Shown: positions 12,816 through 26,039 of the stretch, piece after piece | Numbering within the stretch: position 1 is the stretch's first letter | Layout of the letters: each line of letters begins with the position of its first letter | The notes under the pieces: generated by a model | What the model was told of the DNA's origin: nothing | Seen by the model: only the letters and a program-made list of their open reading frames with translations | Database searches by the model: none | NCBI GenBank assembly: GCA_030264375.1 | Contig: JASCQW010000122.1 | Span: 27,164,859 to 27,228,858 of the forward strand | DNA length: 64,000 nucleotides | Reading direction: 5' to 3' | From: Carcharhinus longimanus | Taxonomy: Eukaryota | Made by a program: the position numbers and the translations under genes

Positions 12816-12905
12816 ATGCTTGGATTGGCACAGGGATGTTTTGATAACACTATTCCTTACTTGAAGCAGCGAATTCAATTTGGGAAAAGGATTTATGATT
12901 TCCAG
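12816..12905 (+). CDS. ACADSB: ACADSB coding exon (exon 8 equivalent)
   Basis: tctag|ATG...CAG|gtacac; 90 bp; [30 protein letters not shown]. Confidence 0.96.
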
Positions 12906-14991
12906 GTACACATGTCAAACCTGCTTTCCTGTCATTCTGAGATTTATTTTCTCTAAGGTACCATATGTTCTAAGTAGAACCATCTTCAGCTTTTCTTCCT
13001 CGTGCCTTCATCAAGAAGAATGTCATGAGTCAGGAAATTGAACACTGCTCTAGCGGAGTAGAAAGCTAACCTAGCAAAGGACCACATTGAGCTAATGTGA
13101 AATATCAACTTCCTGTGATTGTCATTTTGTAGATGTTCTGAAATTTAGTGTTGATGGCCAATTTTGTACTGAATTGCACTCACGAATAATTGTGTGAAAC
13201 AACACATCATATACCTGTGTCTATAGACCATCATTTTAAGTTCTTTCAGCCCAGACTGAAGTTAGCTGCCAGGAGATAGGCGGTTCATTTCCTACAGTAG
13301 GGTGAAACTTGGAGCATGCGTTCATCTTGTGCACTGTGCATTGACTTGCTCATTTATTTAAGCACGATTTGGACTTGTTTCTGACTTAGGCAAAGATCAT
13401 CTCTCACAAAAGATATTGCGTAAAATTCAGGGCCAGGGTGATTTTCCGGACTAATTTTGAATATGTGAGATTGGATTGGAAAGAAATTTTTTATTTTATT
13501 TCCCAAATTGGTCTGCGTTCTCTCTTCCACTAGGAAATCATGTGGCTTTAGAATAACAGTGTATATGTTGCGACACACACCTGATATTACAACTGTGTGG
13601 GACAGAGTGGTTGATTCCAAAGGTCTTTTCTTATTAGCCATTGTTCATATCATTTCCATTGGTAAACTTCTGATCTCATTGATGGAGGCAATGCATTTTC
13701 CTACATAAGCAGAAAGTCATTAGAATAGCGTTGCTCAGGGTTTCAAAATAGGATGTTAGCCTTTCTTGCCTGAATATGGTTTGTTGGACTAGGAGATGAT
13801 GGAAAATAAAACATCAAAAAATGTTGCAAATGAACATTTCATATCCAGCAGAGATTTAAAATGTATTATTTGAACATAAATCCTACTTCAGGAGCAATTT
13901 TATATGTGGCATTTTTCCCAATAGAAAAAGGACTGTTTGGACTCTTAAACCCTGGATATAGGATAAAAGGAACAGCATGCTAATTTGCTGACCCACTCAG
14001 CCTTTTTGTATAATATCCTGTTCATTCTATTGTCTAAAGGATAAAAGTTAGTTAATAACTACCTCTATTAAATTTCATTACTGTGCTCAATATCCAAGAC
14101 AGTGACTCCACCAAGTAATTCAATATTATATTATGAACTGCAGTTTTTAATTACAACTGACCATTCTGCTAATAATTGGCCTGAGTTTTGTAGTAAAAAG
14201 AGAAGTGAAGCTACATTATTGAGTACATTGAACAGCAACTTACATGTAAAATGTAAAATCAGGAAGATGCTGTCAGAAGTTCTTTGGTATAACAGATGGA
14301 CTAGACCAATACTGCTACAAGAGTTGCAGTATTCAAATAAATGAAAAGAAGTGAAGTTGGATTATTTGCACGATAATGTCCACTGAACACGGAACAAAAA
14401 GTTAGTTCGTTCATTTTAAGTGTTGGAGAATCTTTAATAATATATTAAGTAATAAATACTGTCAAACAACCTCAAATTTAAATTACAATTCAAGATTTTA
14501 TTTTGTCTTTTATCTCTCCCTTAAAGAGTGAAAGAAAGATGGAACATTTTGTTTATGATTATGATTTGGCATTGAATTAGCTATTCTAATTTATACTCCT
14601 GGTTTGAACTGCATGTGTCAGCAAGGATTCTTGAAACTAATGACCTAAGGAGTTTACACAGTTACTTGCTCTGGACATCAAGTCCCAAATTTAGTCTAGA
14701 GGATAGTATGCTGTTTTGGATTTCTAATCTGAGCACGTTTCATTGCAAAAGTCTGTGGACATATGTAAGTGTCTAGCGCTATTTTTTAACCCCAAAACCG
14801 GAACTTTTTTTAAGGATATATTTTGCAATAGGTACTTAATGCACTCTTGTTAATGGGATTAAAATGGTAGAAATTATTGTGATTTGTGATATTTCTGTAA
14901 AGATAATTGTATCCAATCTTAAAACAATATTGAGTAATACATGGCTACAGTGTTGCAAATATCAAAAGAGANNNNNNNNNNNNNNNNNNNN

Positions 14992-15103
14992 TGCAACCCA
15001 GATAGAAGCTGCACGACTGCTTACTTACAATGCAGCTCGACTGAAAGAAGCAGGGAAGCCCTTTATTAAGGAATCTTCCATGGCAAAATATTACACTTCT
15101 GAG
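14992..15103 (+). CDS. ACADSB: ACADSB coding exon (exon 9 equivalent), 5' end hidden in assembly gap
   Basis: After the N gap 14972-14991 it reads [37 protein letters not shown]|gtaaga; the acceptor and first ~9 codons are missing. Confidence 0.93.
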
Positions 15104-15564
15104 GTAAGAAAGTATGAACAAGGTGAATTTGAGAAACAGTGCTTGTTAGACAAGACTGCAATATTTAACTTTGAAAACATTTAATATCTCATGGATTGTT
15201 TCCTTCAATAGGTCTAACCATGGGAAGCAAAAGCAATACTTTGATGAATCATTGGAGCTCCATATGCTTATCCTAAGTTTCTAACTTGGGTCTTGAGTAA
15301 TGCTGAAAAGAGATTAGATATTTCCCTTAAAGTGAAGGCAGGATAGACGGAAATAAAGATTGCAAGTTGCATCATATTTCGCAACCATTCTGCAGTGGGT
15401 AATGTAGAGGGCCTGACATTAGGTGCTTGCTCATCATAATGAGAGAAAGCAGAACATATGAAACAAGTTGTGCTGGATGCATGAGTGAAGAGTTACATGT
15501 ACTGTATATACGTTTTGAATTTGAGTCATGATACTACTTCCTTATTTTTATCTATTTCTTACAG

Positions 15565-15664
15565 ATAGCAGCCTTGACTTCTGCCAAATGTATTGAGTGG
15601 ATGGGAGGAGTTGGTTTCACCAAGGATTATCCTATAGAAAAATACTATCGTGATTGTAAAATAG
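15565..15664 (+). CDS. ACADSB: ACADSB coding exon (exon 10 equivalent)
   Basis: ttacag|ATA...ATAG|gtgaaa; 100 bp; [33 protein letters not shown](G). Confidence 0.96.
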
Positions 15665-16068
15665 GTGAAAACAAACTTTTCCTGTTTATTATTTACAAGA
15701 ATACATATGTAATGTATTTTAAGAAAAGTGGTAAAAGATTTTCTGCGTTATCTTACGATTGCATAAAATTTCATACATTGAGTAGCATTTTGCATTTTTT
15801 AAGGGTGGCACAAATAGGAGCTTTCAAAAGGCAAATTCCTGCCTTGAGGTGATAGTTCACCTTCAAAGCAGTTGGAATATCTGATCATATGCTACTTTTT
15901 GAGATTGATGTTATCCCTCTAGCTTCACAAGCAATTGTCTTGTCAGTACCAGGCTCCATTAAACTAAATGACCCAAGCAACCACCAAAAATAGGTTTTCT
16001 GTTGATCTAGTCTATGCTTTTGAATTTACTTTTTATGAACTGTAACCCTGTTTATTATGCTTTTCCAG

Positions 16069-16139
16069 GTTCAATATATGAAGGAACTTCAAACATCCAG
16101 TTGAATACAATTGCAAAATTGATAGATCAAGGATTCTAA
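16069..16139 (+). CDS. ACADSB: ACADSB last coding exon (exon 11 equivalent) with stop codon
   Basis: ttccag|GT TCA ATA TAT GAA GGA...TTC TAA; (G)SIYEGTSNIQLNTIAKLIDQGF*; contains the catalytic Glu in IYEG; phase matches the previous exon. Confidence 0.96.
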
Positions 16140-16725
16140 TCTTACTCCACATTATCAACAGCCCCATTGATATTGTCTTAATGAGGTACAGATGCAGTAC
16201 AATTTACTGTAAATCAACAAGGATGCACAATTCAGCTTCAGAAAATTATTTCCCCATCTGCTCGGAATGTTTCTCAATCATTGCAATAAAGCGCCACAAG
16301 TAAAATTAAATATCAGTTTGTTTAATTTATTTTAACATTGATTTCCTAAGCTCCTCTTTGACTAGCTTTGAATAGTTGTGCATTGAGTTTTGACATTGTT
16401 GTTCTTGCATGATTGGAGATGAAATTAATAAATCATTGATTTTACTCTATATTTCCATTATGTATGTTTAAAATGATTTATGTTTGTAACCATACATATA
16501 AGGTTAGCAATTAGCAATAAAACAAAAATACTAACTTTTTTGTAGTCCACTTTAACTGTTCTCAAATCAAGTTGCTTTTGAGGCTATTAATTATTGTCAT
16601 TTCTTTGGTAAGCTGAAAGTGACTGAATAAGCTCTACTGTGGTTTTCCATCTGTGTATAAAATCTGGCAATATTTTTCATGATAGTGATACAATAAACAT
16701 TTGGCTTTAAGTATGTGTTTCCTAT
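16140..16725 (+). promoter_or_regulatory. Probable ACADSB 3' UTR with candidate polyadenylation signals
   Basis: AATAAA at 16285, 16427, 16516 and 16692; the last is followed by a GT/T-rich tract; the true transcript end is unknown. Confidence 0.55.
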
Positions 16726-16744
16726 GGCTAGTCAATTAGTTACC

Positions 16745-17020
16745 AATAATGGTCATAAATTTAAAATAATTGGCAAAATATAATTTTTTTACATGCACAG
16801 TTGTTGAAGATCTGGAATGCACTACTGGAGAAGGATGGTGAAATCAGATTCCAAATAAATTTTCAAAAGGTAATTGGACAAATACTAGAAAGCAACTAAT
16901 TTGTGATGTTGTGTAGGAGAAAGCTAGGATTTGGGATTAAATTGGAAGGTTCTTCAAAGAGCTGACAAAGGCATGATGGACTGAATATCTGTCTTCTGTG
17001 CTATACAATTCTATGATTCG
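16745..17020 (+). mobile_element. Decayed CR1 3' end
   Basis: gatctggaatgcacta (WNAL motif) followed by a CR1-type tail ending ttctatgatt; a similar copy lies at 12000-12225. Confidence 0.6.
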
Positions 17021-18303
17021 AACCAAGTAAAACAATGTATAAATTTTGTGCTGCATATCTCTGGTGGTTAAAAAGGTGGGTGTGCCAAATTATGGTATTG
17101 AGCCGGATAGTCCATGAGATTTTAAGTTCAATCCTTGATTGCTGCTGAATTAGTTGGCCTCAGCCATTTATTGGCTTGCTGTTCTTAGCTCAGAGAAGCT
17201 GAAGCTAACTGTCCAGTGACACTCTACCCAGCTTCTACAATCAGACTGACTGCCGACATTTTCTATTTGCTCTCCCATCAAGAATGGACAATCAGTGAGG
17301 TACTAGAGGGCCTCTAAGACTAAAGAACACAAATATAAAATTTATACGACTTGAGCAATGCTAACTATTACCGATTTTGTTTCATCCTCCATTTCAACCC
17401 CATTTAACCTCTTAAGGGACTTTGCTTTTTTCTTGATAACCCTTTTGCTGTTGTAATACTAGAAAAATACTATTGTTTATAAACAAGTTTCCTTTTTTTT
17501 TGCCTTCTGATCATTTTATACATTCCAGGTTATTCCTGTTTCCTTTGGTTTTACACAGCTTTTATCCTACATGCTTTGGGAGATTACATTTCTTATTAAT
17601 TTCATCAGTCAGACAAATATCCGTGTATCGTTTAAGGTTTTGTTGCTTTTGATCTGCACTTTGGTAGGAATGATGGTAGGAAGGATTATTACTTACGTGG
17701 TGAAAAACTGCAGCAGGCGACGGTGCAGAGGGACCTTGGGGTCCTTGTGNNNNNNNNNNNNNNNNNNNNNNNNNNNNNNNNNNNNNNNNNNNNNNNNNNN
17801 NNNNNNNNNNNNNNNNNNNNNNNNNNNNNNNNNNNNNNNNNNNNNNNNNGCCATGATCTTATTGAATGGCGGGGCAGGCTCGAAGGGCTAGATGGCCTAC
17901 TCCTGCTCCTATTTCTTATGTTCAACCTTCAATGTACACTTGTCTTGGGTGCTTAATATTATGCATTTTAAGATATTCACTTATCTTCAACTAAAGTTCT
18001 TTAGGACTGATCACCATCTGATTTGATTAATCAATTACTGTCTTGCCTTGACATTGGCTCCTTTAAACTGTTATACCTGAGCAATGGTTTGTGGTCTTGT
18101 TTATTGCAAATCGTCAAACTTTAACATGTTAAACTTTAACATGCCTGTGGTGTCACTTTTTCCATTATCACTGTCAGACCTGAATCACTTGCCTTTACCA
18201 GGTCAAGATACAAATAATTTCTCATATTGTGTCTAATGCAATGAGTAAGAAAGCGACAGTGCATTACATTTACCAGCTTTACACTCAACATCATTTAGTT
18301 GTT

Positions 18304-18730
18304 GGCTGGCATGGTGGCACAGTGGTCCCTGCCTCACAGTGCCAGGGACACAGGTTCAATTCCAGCTTTGAGTGACTGTCTGTGTGGAGGTTATACATTC
18401 TTCCTATGTCTGCTTGGATTTCCTATAGGTGCTCTGGTTTCCTCCCACAATCCAAAGATGTGCAGGTTAGGTGGATTGGCTGTGCTAAGTTGCCCCTTAG
18501 TGTCCAAAGGTTTGTAAATTACATGGATAAGTCATGGTAAATGCGTGGAATGATGTAAAAAATTTGTTCATTAGTCACGTAAGGCTTACATTAACACAGC
18601 AATAAAATTACTGTGAAATTTCCCTAGGATAAGGGGGATAGAAGAAGGCCTGGGTCAAATTCTTTGAGAAAATGTGGACTCGATAGGCCGAATGGCCTCC
18701 TTCAGTACTGTAGAGATTCTGTGGATTCTA
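18304..18730 (+). mobile_element. HE1/V-SINE-like SINE with an internal insert
   Basis: ggcatggtggcacagtgg...ggttcaattcc head; 18560-18628 matches the sequence at 38827-38897. Confidence 0.8.
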
Positions 18731-19824
18731 CCTGGGTTGCCCGAAGTGCTAGTCTCTGACAATGGGGCTGTATTTACGAGCAAAGAATTTCAACACTTCG
18801 TGCAAACCAATGGGATTCAGCATGTAAGAACAGTCTTTTACTACCTGGCCTTAAATCAGTTAGCTGAAAAAGCCTACCAGATATTTAAACCTGCCACAGA
18901 AAAATAGTCCTCTGTGCCTTTAAAACTTTGAATAGCCATTTTCTACTCAGGTTCAGAACAACTCTTCATGCCATGACAGGAATTACCCCTGCTGAATTCC
19001 TCATTGTAAGATGTCTTCAGACCAGACTTGATCTAATATTTCCAAATTTGGTGGAGAGGGTAGAAACAAAGCAAGAAGTGATATCATGACTCTACCAGGC
19101 CTACAAGGTTGAAAGGACGTTTCAGGTAAATTATTTAGTTCATGTAAGAAATTTCCATCCTGATCTGAATTGGATCCCTGGGAGGATCATGAACAAGACA
19201 GGTCCAGTGTCACATGTAGTTGACAATCAAGGGAAGAGATTGAAGAAGCTGGTAAACCACGGGAGGAGAAGAGAACCACGCACAGTACCAATTGAGCAGT
19301 CTATCCCTGCTTAAAACCTGTTAGAATTACTGTAGCCACAATAAGTGGAACCAAATCCAGTAACTGAAGAGGGGCCCAGTAACATTCCAGTAGGAATTAG
19401 AGGGGTTACTGGTAATACAGCAGCTGTGCAAACTGGAAGCCTTCCTGCTGCTGTTTTCAGATGAAACTACATCAACTGCTGCAGGGTCCTGTTAAAGAAC
19501 TGTGATGCACTCAAACTAGAAAATCCCCAGACAGACCTGCATACTGAGATCGCTCAGTTCCCTGCCCTCCCCCCCACCATTTGCTGTGTAATCTTGTAAA
19601 TAGATTTATTATTATTATTATTATACCACATTAAGAAATTGAAAGGGGAGGGATGTGGTAACACCTCATTGTGGTAGGGGAGGGATGTGTTTATTCGGGA
19701 ACTACATGTTTCTTATCAATGTCCTACGTATTTAGTTGTTTTTCCAAAATAAACCTGTTCATTTATCTATCTTGTTGTTCATCAATTCCTCGTAGTCATT
19801 ACAAGGGGCCAGACAAGACTACCA
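18731..19824 (+). mobile_element. Gypsy/Ty3 LTR retrotransposon 3' remnant (integrase core, polypurine tract, short 3' LTR)
   Basis: GLPEVLVSDNGAVFTSKEFQHFVQTNGIQHVRT...NQLAEKA matches the rve integrase core; PPT gaaaggggaggga is directly followed by TGT at 19654; AATAAA at ~19748; stops and frameshifts present. Confidence 0.85.
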
Positions 19825-21047
19825 GAATAGTTGAGACTTGAGGTAACAAGCATGGATGAAGTTTTCAACAGCAAATGGGCTGAGATAAGGGCAGGAAGAG
19901 CAGTATTATAGAGGTGGAAGTAGACATTCCCAGTAATCGAAAGAATTGTAGAGTCAGAAGCTCAATTCGTGAAATAGGATGCTATGTTGCACACTGTGGT
20001 ACAGCCTCATTATGGCCTGAGATGGGAATATAATCGGTGACTAAGGAACAGGATTTGTGGTGGAAATTTAATTCTGTTCATCCAATGGTGGACGTGCCGT
20101 GCAACAAAGCAGATACAATGATAGGGTCAAGAATGGTGAGTTGTATTTTGTCAGTAGACGGAAATGGAAAACAATCATTGAATGTTTACAGCACAGAAGA
20201 AGGCCATTTGACCTGTGGTGTCCATGTAACATGCGATCAAACTTTTTGGATGTTGCTGTAGTGTAAATGAGAAATATGATGGGACTCCAGAAGTAGGAAT
20301 GCAAAGAAATGCCAGTGCAGAAGATTCTCTGTGTATGATAAGGTAAATAAGAATAGAACTGAGGGCAACCCAAGTCAACTGAACAATGGAGGATAGTGTG
20401 GTGAACCATGACAAAGGCTGCAGACAGGCTGATGAGGAGGAATGGTATACCACATTAACCATCACAAAGGATGTCATCTACTTTGAAGAGGACCATTTAG
20501 CAGATTGACAGTGGTGGAAGCTTGAATGTGAATGAGATGGACACAGATTTAGGAAGTGGCAATACATTCAAAGACTTGAGAAAAAGGAGGTTCAAATTGG
20601 AGCAATAGTTTTTAAAACGATTAAAGTGTGTTTTTTCAGATGTGGGTATTTGCAGTTAATGAACTTGGTTGATGAATTTTGTAATACCTGGGAGAATGAA
20701 AAAAAAAATTGTGCAACTTACATGTAGCTTGTTTTCATGTACCTCAGATAGATGCAAAATTTGTTTTTGTGTGCCTAGACAGAGAGGCTGCAGCTGCCCT
20801 TGCTGTTGAATACAAGCTTATAATAGTCCATTCAGAAATGTAGCTGACCCAGCTTGTATCTATGTTTGTATCTTTAATTTTGTGGACTTTCGTCTAACAT
20901 GGTGAAGCTTGCATGCCCTAAATATATATTCATATACATTTGTTATGTACTGCTTATGTGTCATGTACCAACAAATTACACATATTATATGCTATACAAC
21001 TTATGAACATAAATTGTTACACCAGTCCCATTAATTTTAACTTGTCT

Positions 21048-21348
21048 TGTCGGCCTGAATGTTAGCTAAGGGCTAATCACACGCATCAATTGCAGCCTTG
21101 AGATAACCATGAAGAAATGCCGAGGCAGCCATGTTCCCACGATGGAGGACAACCCACAGCCTGGGAAACTGCTGAGACCGAGAAGGTGCACACGTAACTG
21201 GGGGGTATAAATATATGCTCTTAAGTTGTGTTTGGGGAGACACCTGGGGAACAGCTGTTGGGTACCAGGTGTATCTCCCAAAAGCTTTTGAATAAACTTG
21301 CTGTACTTTGACTCACAATTAGTCTCAGAGGTGTCTTTACCTACAACA
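21048..21348 (+). mobile_element. Probable solo LTR
   Basis: TGT...ACA termini, internal TATA box (ggtataaat) and AATAAA near the 3' end, imperfect 4-bp flanks gtct/gtat. Confidence 0.6.
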
Positions 21349-21639
21349 GTATTAATGGCACATTTGAATGAAATAAAATGGTACCAGAGGAGAGAGAACA
21401 GTTAACAGCCGGCATTAGACCTGTTTGAACAGTATTCCAGTGTCTGAGGATTTAAAACCGATCCTCTACATATCTTTTACTGTTTAACTCATCTATGTTA
21501 CTACTGAAGGTCTTGCAATTCAAAAAAGAATCTTAACTCTTCAAACTCCCTGCATTCTACTCTTCCCTATATCTTGCATTTTTTTTCAGTTCTTGCAATG
21601 ATCTCTTTTCCAAATCCTGCCAAAATACTCAGTCTAATA

Positions 21640-23070
21640 TAAGAACTAGGAGCAGGAGTAGATATCTGGCCCCTCGAGCGTACTCCACCATTCAATAAGA
21701 TAATGACTGATCTTTTTGTGACTCCGCTCCACATCTGCCCATTCATATAGCCCTTAATTCCTTTACTTTTCAAAAATTTATCTATCCTTGCCTTAAAAAC
21801 ATTCAATGAGGTGGCCTCAACTGCTTCACTGGCAGAGAATTCTACAGATTCATAACCCTTTGTGTGAAGAAGTTCCTCCTCAACACAGTCCTAAATCTGC
21901 TTCCTCTTATTTTGAGACTATGCCCCCTAGTTCCACCTGCCAGTGGAAACAACTTCCCTGCTCGTGTCTTATCTATTCCCTTCATAATCTTTTATGCTTC
22001 TGTAAGATCTCCCCTCATTATGAATTCCAATGAGTATAGCACCAGTCTATTCAATCTCTCCTCATAAGTTAACCCTCTCAACTCCAGAAAAAAACCGAGT
22101 GAATCTCCTCTGCACCCCCTTTAGTGCCAGTATATCCTTTGTCAAGTTAGGAGACCAAAACTGTACGTAGTACTCTAGGTGAGGCTTCACCAGCACCTTG
22201 TACAGCTGCAACATAATCTCGCTGTTTTTAAACTCCATCCCTCTAGCAATAAAGGACAAAATTCCATTTGTCGCCTTAATTACCTGCTGCACCTGCAGTC
22301 CAACTCCTTGAGATTCCTGCACAAGGACACCAATGTCCCTTTACACAGGAGCATGCTGCAAATTTTTACCATTTAAATATAATCCATCTTGCTGTTATTC
22401 CTACCAAAATGGATGACCTCACATTTACCAACATTGTACTCCAACTGCCAGACCCTCACCCATTCACTTAGATTATCTATATCCTTCTGCAGACTTTCAG
22501 CATCCTCTGCACATGTTGCTCTTCCACCCATCTTAGTGTCATCTGCGAATTTTGACACACTACACTTGCTCCCCAACTCCAAATCATCGAAGCAAATCGT
22601 AAACAATTGCGGTCCCAACACTGATCCCTGAGGCGCACCACGAGTCACTGATCACCAACCAGAAAAACACCCAGTTACCCCCACTCTTTGCTTTCTGTTA
22701 GTTAACCAATCCTCTATTCATGNNNNNNNNNNNNNNNNNNNNNNNNNNNNNNNNNNNNNNNNNNNNNNNNNNNNNNNNNNNNNNNNNNNNNNNNNNNNNN
22801 NNNNNNNNNNNNNNNNNNNNNNNNNNNNNNNNNNNNNNNNNCTGTGCATGTAATGTTCTCAAAGAATTCCACCAAATTAGCCAAACATGACCTGCCCTTC
22901 ATGAACCCATGCAACGTCTTACCATTGGGACAATTTATATCCAGATGCCTCACTATTTCTTCCTTGATGATGGATTCAAGTATTTTCCCTACTACAGAAA
23001 TTAAACTAACCAGGCTATAGTTACCTGCCTTTTGTCTACCTCCTTTTTAAAACAATGGTGTCACATTTGC
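21640..23070 (-). mobile_element. CR1 LINE, 5'-truncated, degenerate reverse transcriptase
   Basis: HGFMKGRSCLANLVEFFE, PQGSVLGPQLFTI..DDL, SKFADDTK and VKPHLEYYVQFWSP motifs across frameshifted ORFs, plus 3' tail. Confidence 0.93.
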
Positions 23071-23345
23071 ACAGTGATATACACAGTAAGTATTCAAAAT
23101 TAACAATGTCTTTGAAATAGAAAGTATTTTTAAATGTCCAGAACAGCTAATTCTTCAGGGAAGCGATAGAAATTTACTTTTGAACAGCAAAGATATTGGT
23201 TCATCTGATTTTAGTGCTACAATTAGATGTGAATGTGCTATTAAATGAGTAGTATCACAACAAAGGACAGTAAATAGCAATGCACTGCTCAATGTACACA
23301 GTAGTTAGTTGACAATTTACAACATAAACTCAGTATGTCTGCCTA

Positions 23346-23364
23346 AGGGCACCAGATGGCAGTG
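23346..23364 (+). promoter_or_regulatory. Candidate CTCF site
   Basis: agggcaccagatggcagtg versus consensus CCASYAGRKGGCRS (one mismatch). Confidence 0.45.
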
Positions 23365-24719
23365 TTAGCTGTGCTTTAGCAAAGCAAAAATGAAGCCTCA
23401 AATGAATGCCAGCCTGGTAGTACAGCAAAATGAATTTAAATTATAATCAGTTTTATCAGGATTTGTCTGAGTCTAACTTAATCACTGTGGCCCCAGTTAT
23501 TTTCAGTTGGTCATTGATCGAGATGGGCAATCAGTGAAAATGATACTTGAATAGAAAGAAGTTAATTTCTAAGATTGGTGATCTTTCATTGAAAACAACA
23601 AAACACTTGTGGGGTTGTGGGTAAAATCCTGAAATCTCCTTCACAATTTTTAATCACGGACACCTATAGATTTCTAATAGTAAATGATTCTTCTTAGTGA
23701 ACACCATTATCTCCCTTAACTTACAGTCTCCACAACTGCACAAATCATAAAATTGATACTGAAAACACAAATTCTATCACACTAGTGATACACCTATTCA
23801 ATAAGAGAATTTAGCATCTGAGGTAATATTACAGTGATCAACTAGCAAAATGGTAGTATTATTCTAAGATTTGGAACATAGAGTTTTGCAGAAATTGACA
23901 ATCTGACTTCCATGCCAAATCAGTATAATCTGAATGGTGTATTTTCCTAAAATATTCATGCGCTGTATTAAACAGTAAAATAAAATACTCATTTGGATCT
24001 CTGCTATTAGTTCTCCCTTCATTTAGAGAAAGAACCTAAAGGAGGGTAAGGGGAAATTCAAACTAAAACAATTTTCAGGCTTCTAACTGCATAGGAAATA
24101 GCCTTTCTATAGGATAACGAAGATCTTTATAGCTGCATTTTATTGAGTCAGTTACTATTAACAATTCACACAACCCTATCACAAATTTAATAGAGTCAAA
24201 ATTGAAGTAGAATTGTGGCACTAATTAAAACATTCAGCTTACCTGAGCTTAATTGTGAAACTCCCCAGGAATGAAGTTCAGTCAACAAATGGAAATCAAA
24301 TATCAAGCAGACATAATATGAATAGGTGATGTCCATCAGGTGATACTTGGCTCCCTTGACATCACTGCATTGATCTCTGGATTTCACACCTCCTGCTTTT
24401 TGCTCCTTTGTTATTACCAGAACCATAAGTGCACACCACTTGCATCTGACTTTACCAAGTACTCTACAAACCTCTGCATCAACCCTTGCTTGCTGGTTGA
24501 ATTTCCAATTACCTCTGTCATCTTCTCAGTGGTTAACCACCAGCATTGTGTCCACTGATGCTCTGAATCACCATTGATGGCCCAGTGGTATTACCACTAG
24601 ACTATTAATCNNNNNNNNNNNNNNNNNNNNNNNNNNNNNNNNNNNNNNNNNNNNNNNNNNNNNNNNNNNNNNNNNNNNNNNNNNNNNNNNNNNNNNNNNN
24701 NNNNNNNNNNTGAATCACC

Positions 24720-25070
24720 ATTGATAGCCCAGTGGTATTACCACTAGACTATTAATCCAGAAACTCAATTAATATTCTGGGGTCCCAGGTTGAAATCCCA
24801 CCATGGCAGAAGTTGCAATTTGATTTCAATAAAAAAAAGGAATTAAGAATTTACCATAACCATGGAACCATTGTCAATTGTCAGAAAAATCAATCTGATT
24901 CGCTAATGTCCTTTTATAGAAGGAAATCTGCCATCCTTACCTGGTCTGGCCTTCATGTGGCTCCAGAGCCACAGCGATGTGGTTGACTCTTAACTGCCCT
25001 TAGGCAATTAGGAATGGACAATAAATGTTGCTAGCCAGCGATGCTCATGTCCCACAAATGAATTTTTAAA
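24720..25070 (+). mobile_element. tRNA-derived SINE (same family as 4634-4945)
   Basis: cagtggtattaccactagac head, ggttgaaatcc B box, shared body; the head is duplicated at 24565-24610 across the gap. Confidence 0.75.
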
Positions 25071-26039
25071 AATCTCTAGTTATGTCCAGGCCAGGGCTCT
25101 GCTAATCTCCTCTCTACCTATGTAAATTAAATTCTCTCACTTCATGAGTGCATGTTGTGGCTGCCACTTTGGATCTGAGCCTATTATTTCTATTTAGGAT
25201 ATTTTTCTTCTGCATCCTCCCCTCCCCATTCATTTAGTAAAATTATTCACCATAGTTCTGTAAGAAGTAGATTAACTTCAACTTTTATAAAATATATTAA
25301 ATGTGAGAGATAGATGCAAGAAATGCCATAAAAACACATTCAGTAAACAATCATAGCAATCGTACCTGTAGATGGAACATACTTTTGGGTTATAGCATAT
25401 AAAGTAATTGCATATCACCTCATATGTTTCCTTGTCCAGACTTTCTGCCCCTTGTTCCATATGGATTAATTTCTCAGCCACATACGATGCAAAGATCTAA
25501 ACATGATATCTGAGGAATGGCTACAGCAAGTGTTTCATTAATTCTGTGGGTGTAAATTATTTTATATATGAGGAAACAAGTAATTATTCATGCCAGTGAA
25601 GATTTACTCAAGCTGATAATTGTTTCCATCTATACATCTTCAGCCATGTGCTCCTTTCCATCATTACAAATCAAGATGTTAATTGGGTGAGTTCTCACTT
25701 TTATTCTTTCCTCAAACACCATGGAACTGAGATATACATTACTTTATTTTCTAGTTTTTGATAGAGTTAAAATGTTTACACGTTGGAAACTAAAAAGCTC
25801 ACCATAATATAAACAATACATTTTATAATAGAATTTTATAATGGGGAGATACTTGCACCTTTTCAATAAATGGAGATGCAAAACTGGTCAATAATACAGT
25901 TTTTTGTTTGTTTAGTTATATCTTCCAGAAAAACTACTTTAGTAAAAAGAATTAGTTTTATCCCATCATCTTTGACCTAAGGGTAAAGTGAATTGACCAC
26001 GCTTTCAATACTGTTATTTCATTCCTAAATCAAGATAGG

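Noticed and set aside
20809-20862. Possible miRNA-like hairpin (atacaagct...agcttgtat)
   Set aside because: Only ~9 bp of pairing; too short for a pre-miRNA stem
24565-24757. Duplicated SINE head across a gap
   Set aside because: Near-identical overlap around a 100-N gap; probably unmerged contig ends or haplotypes
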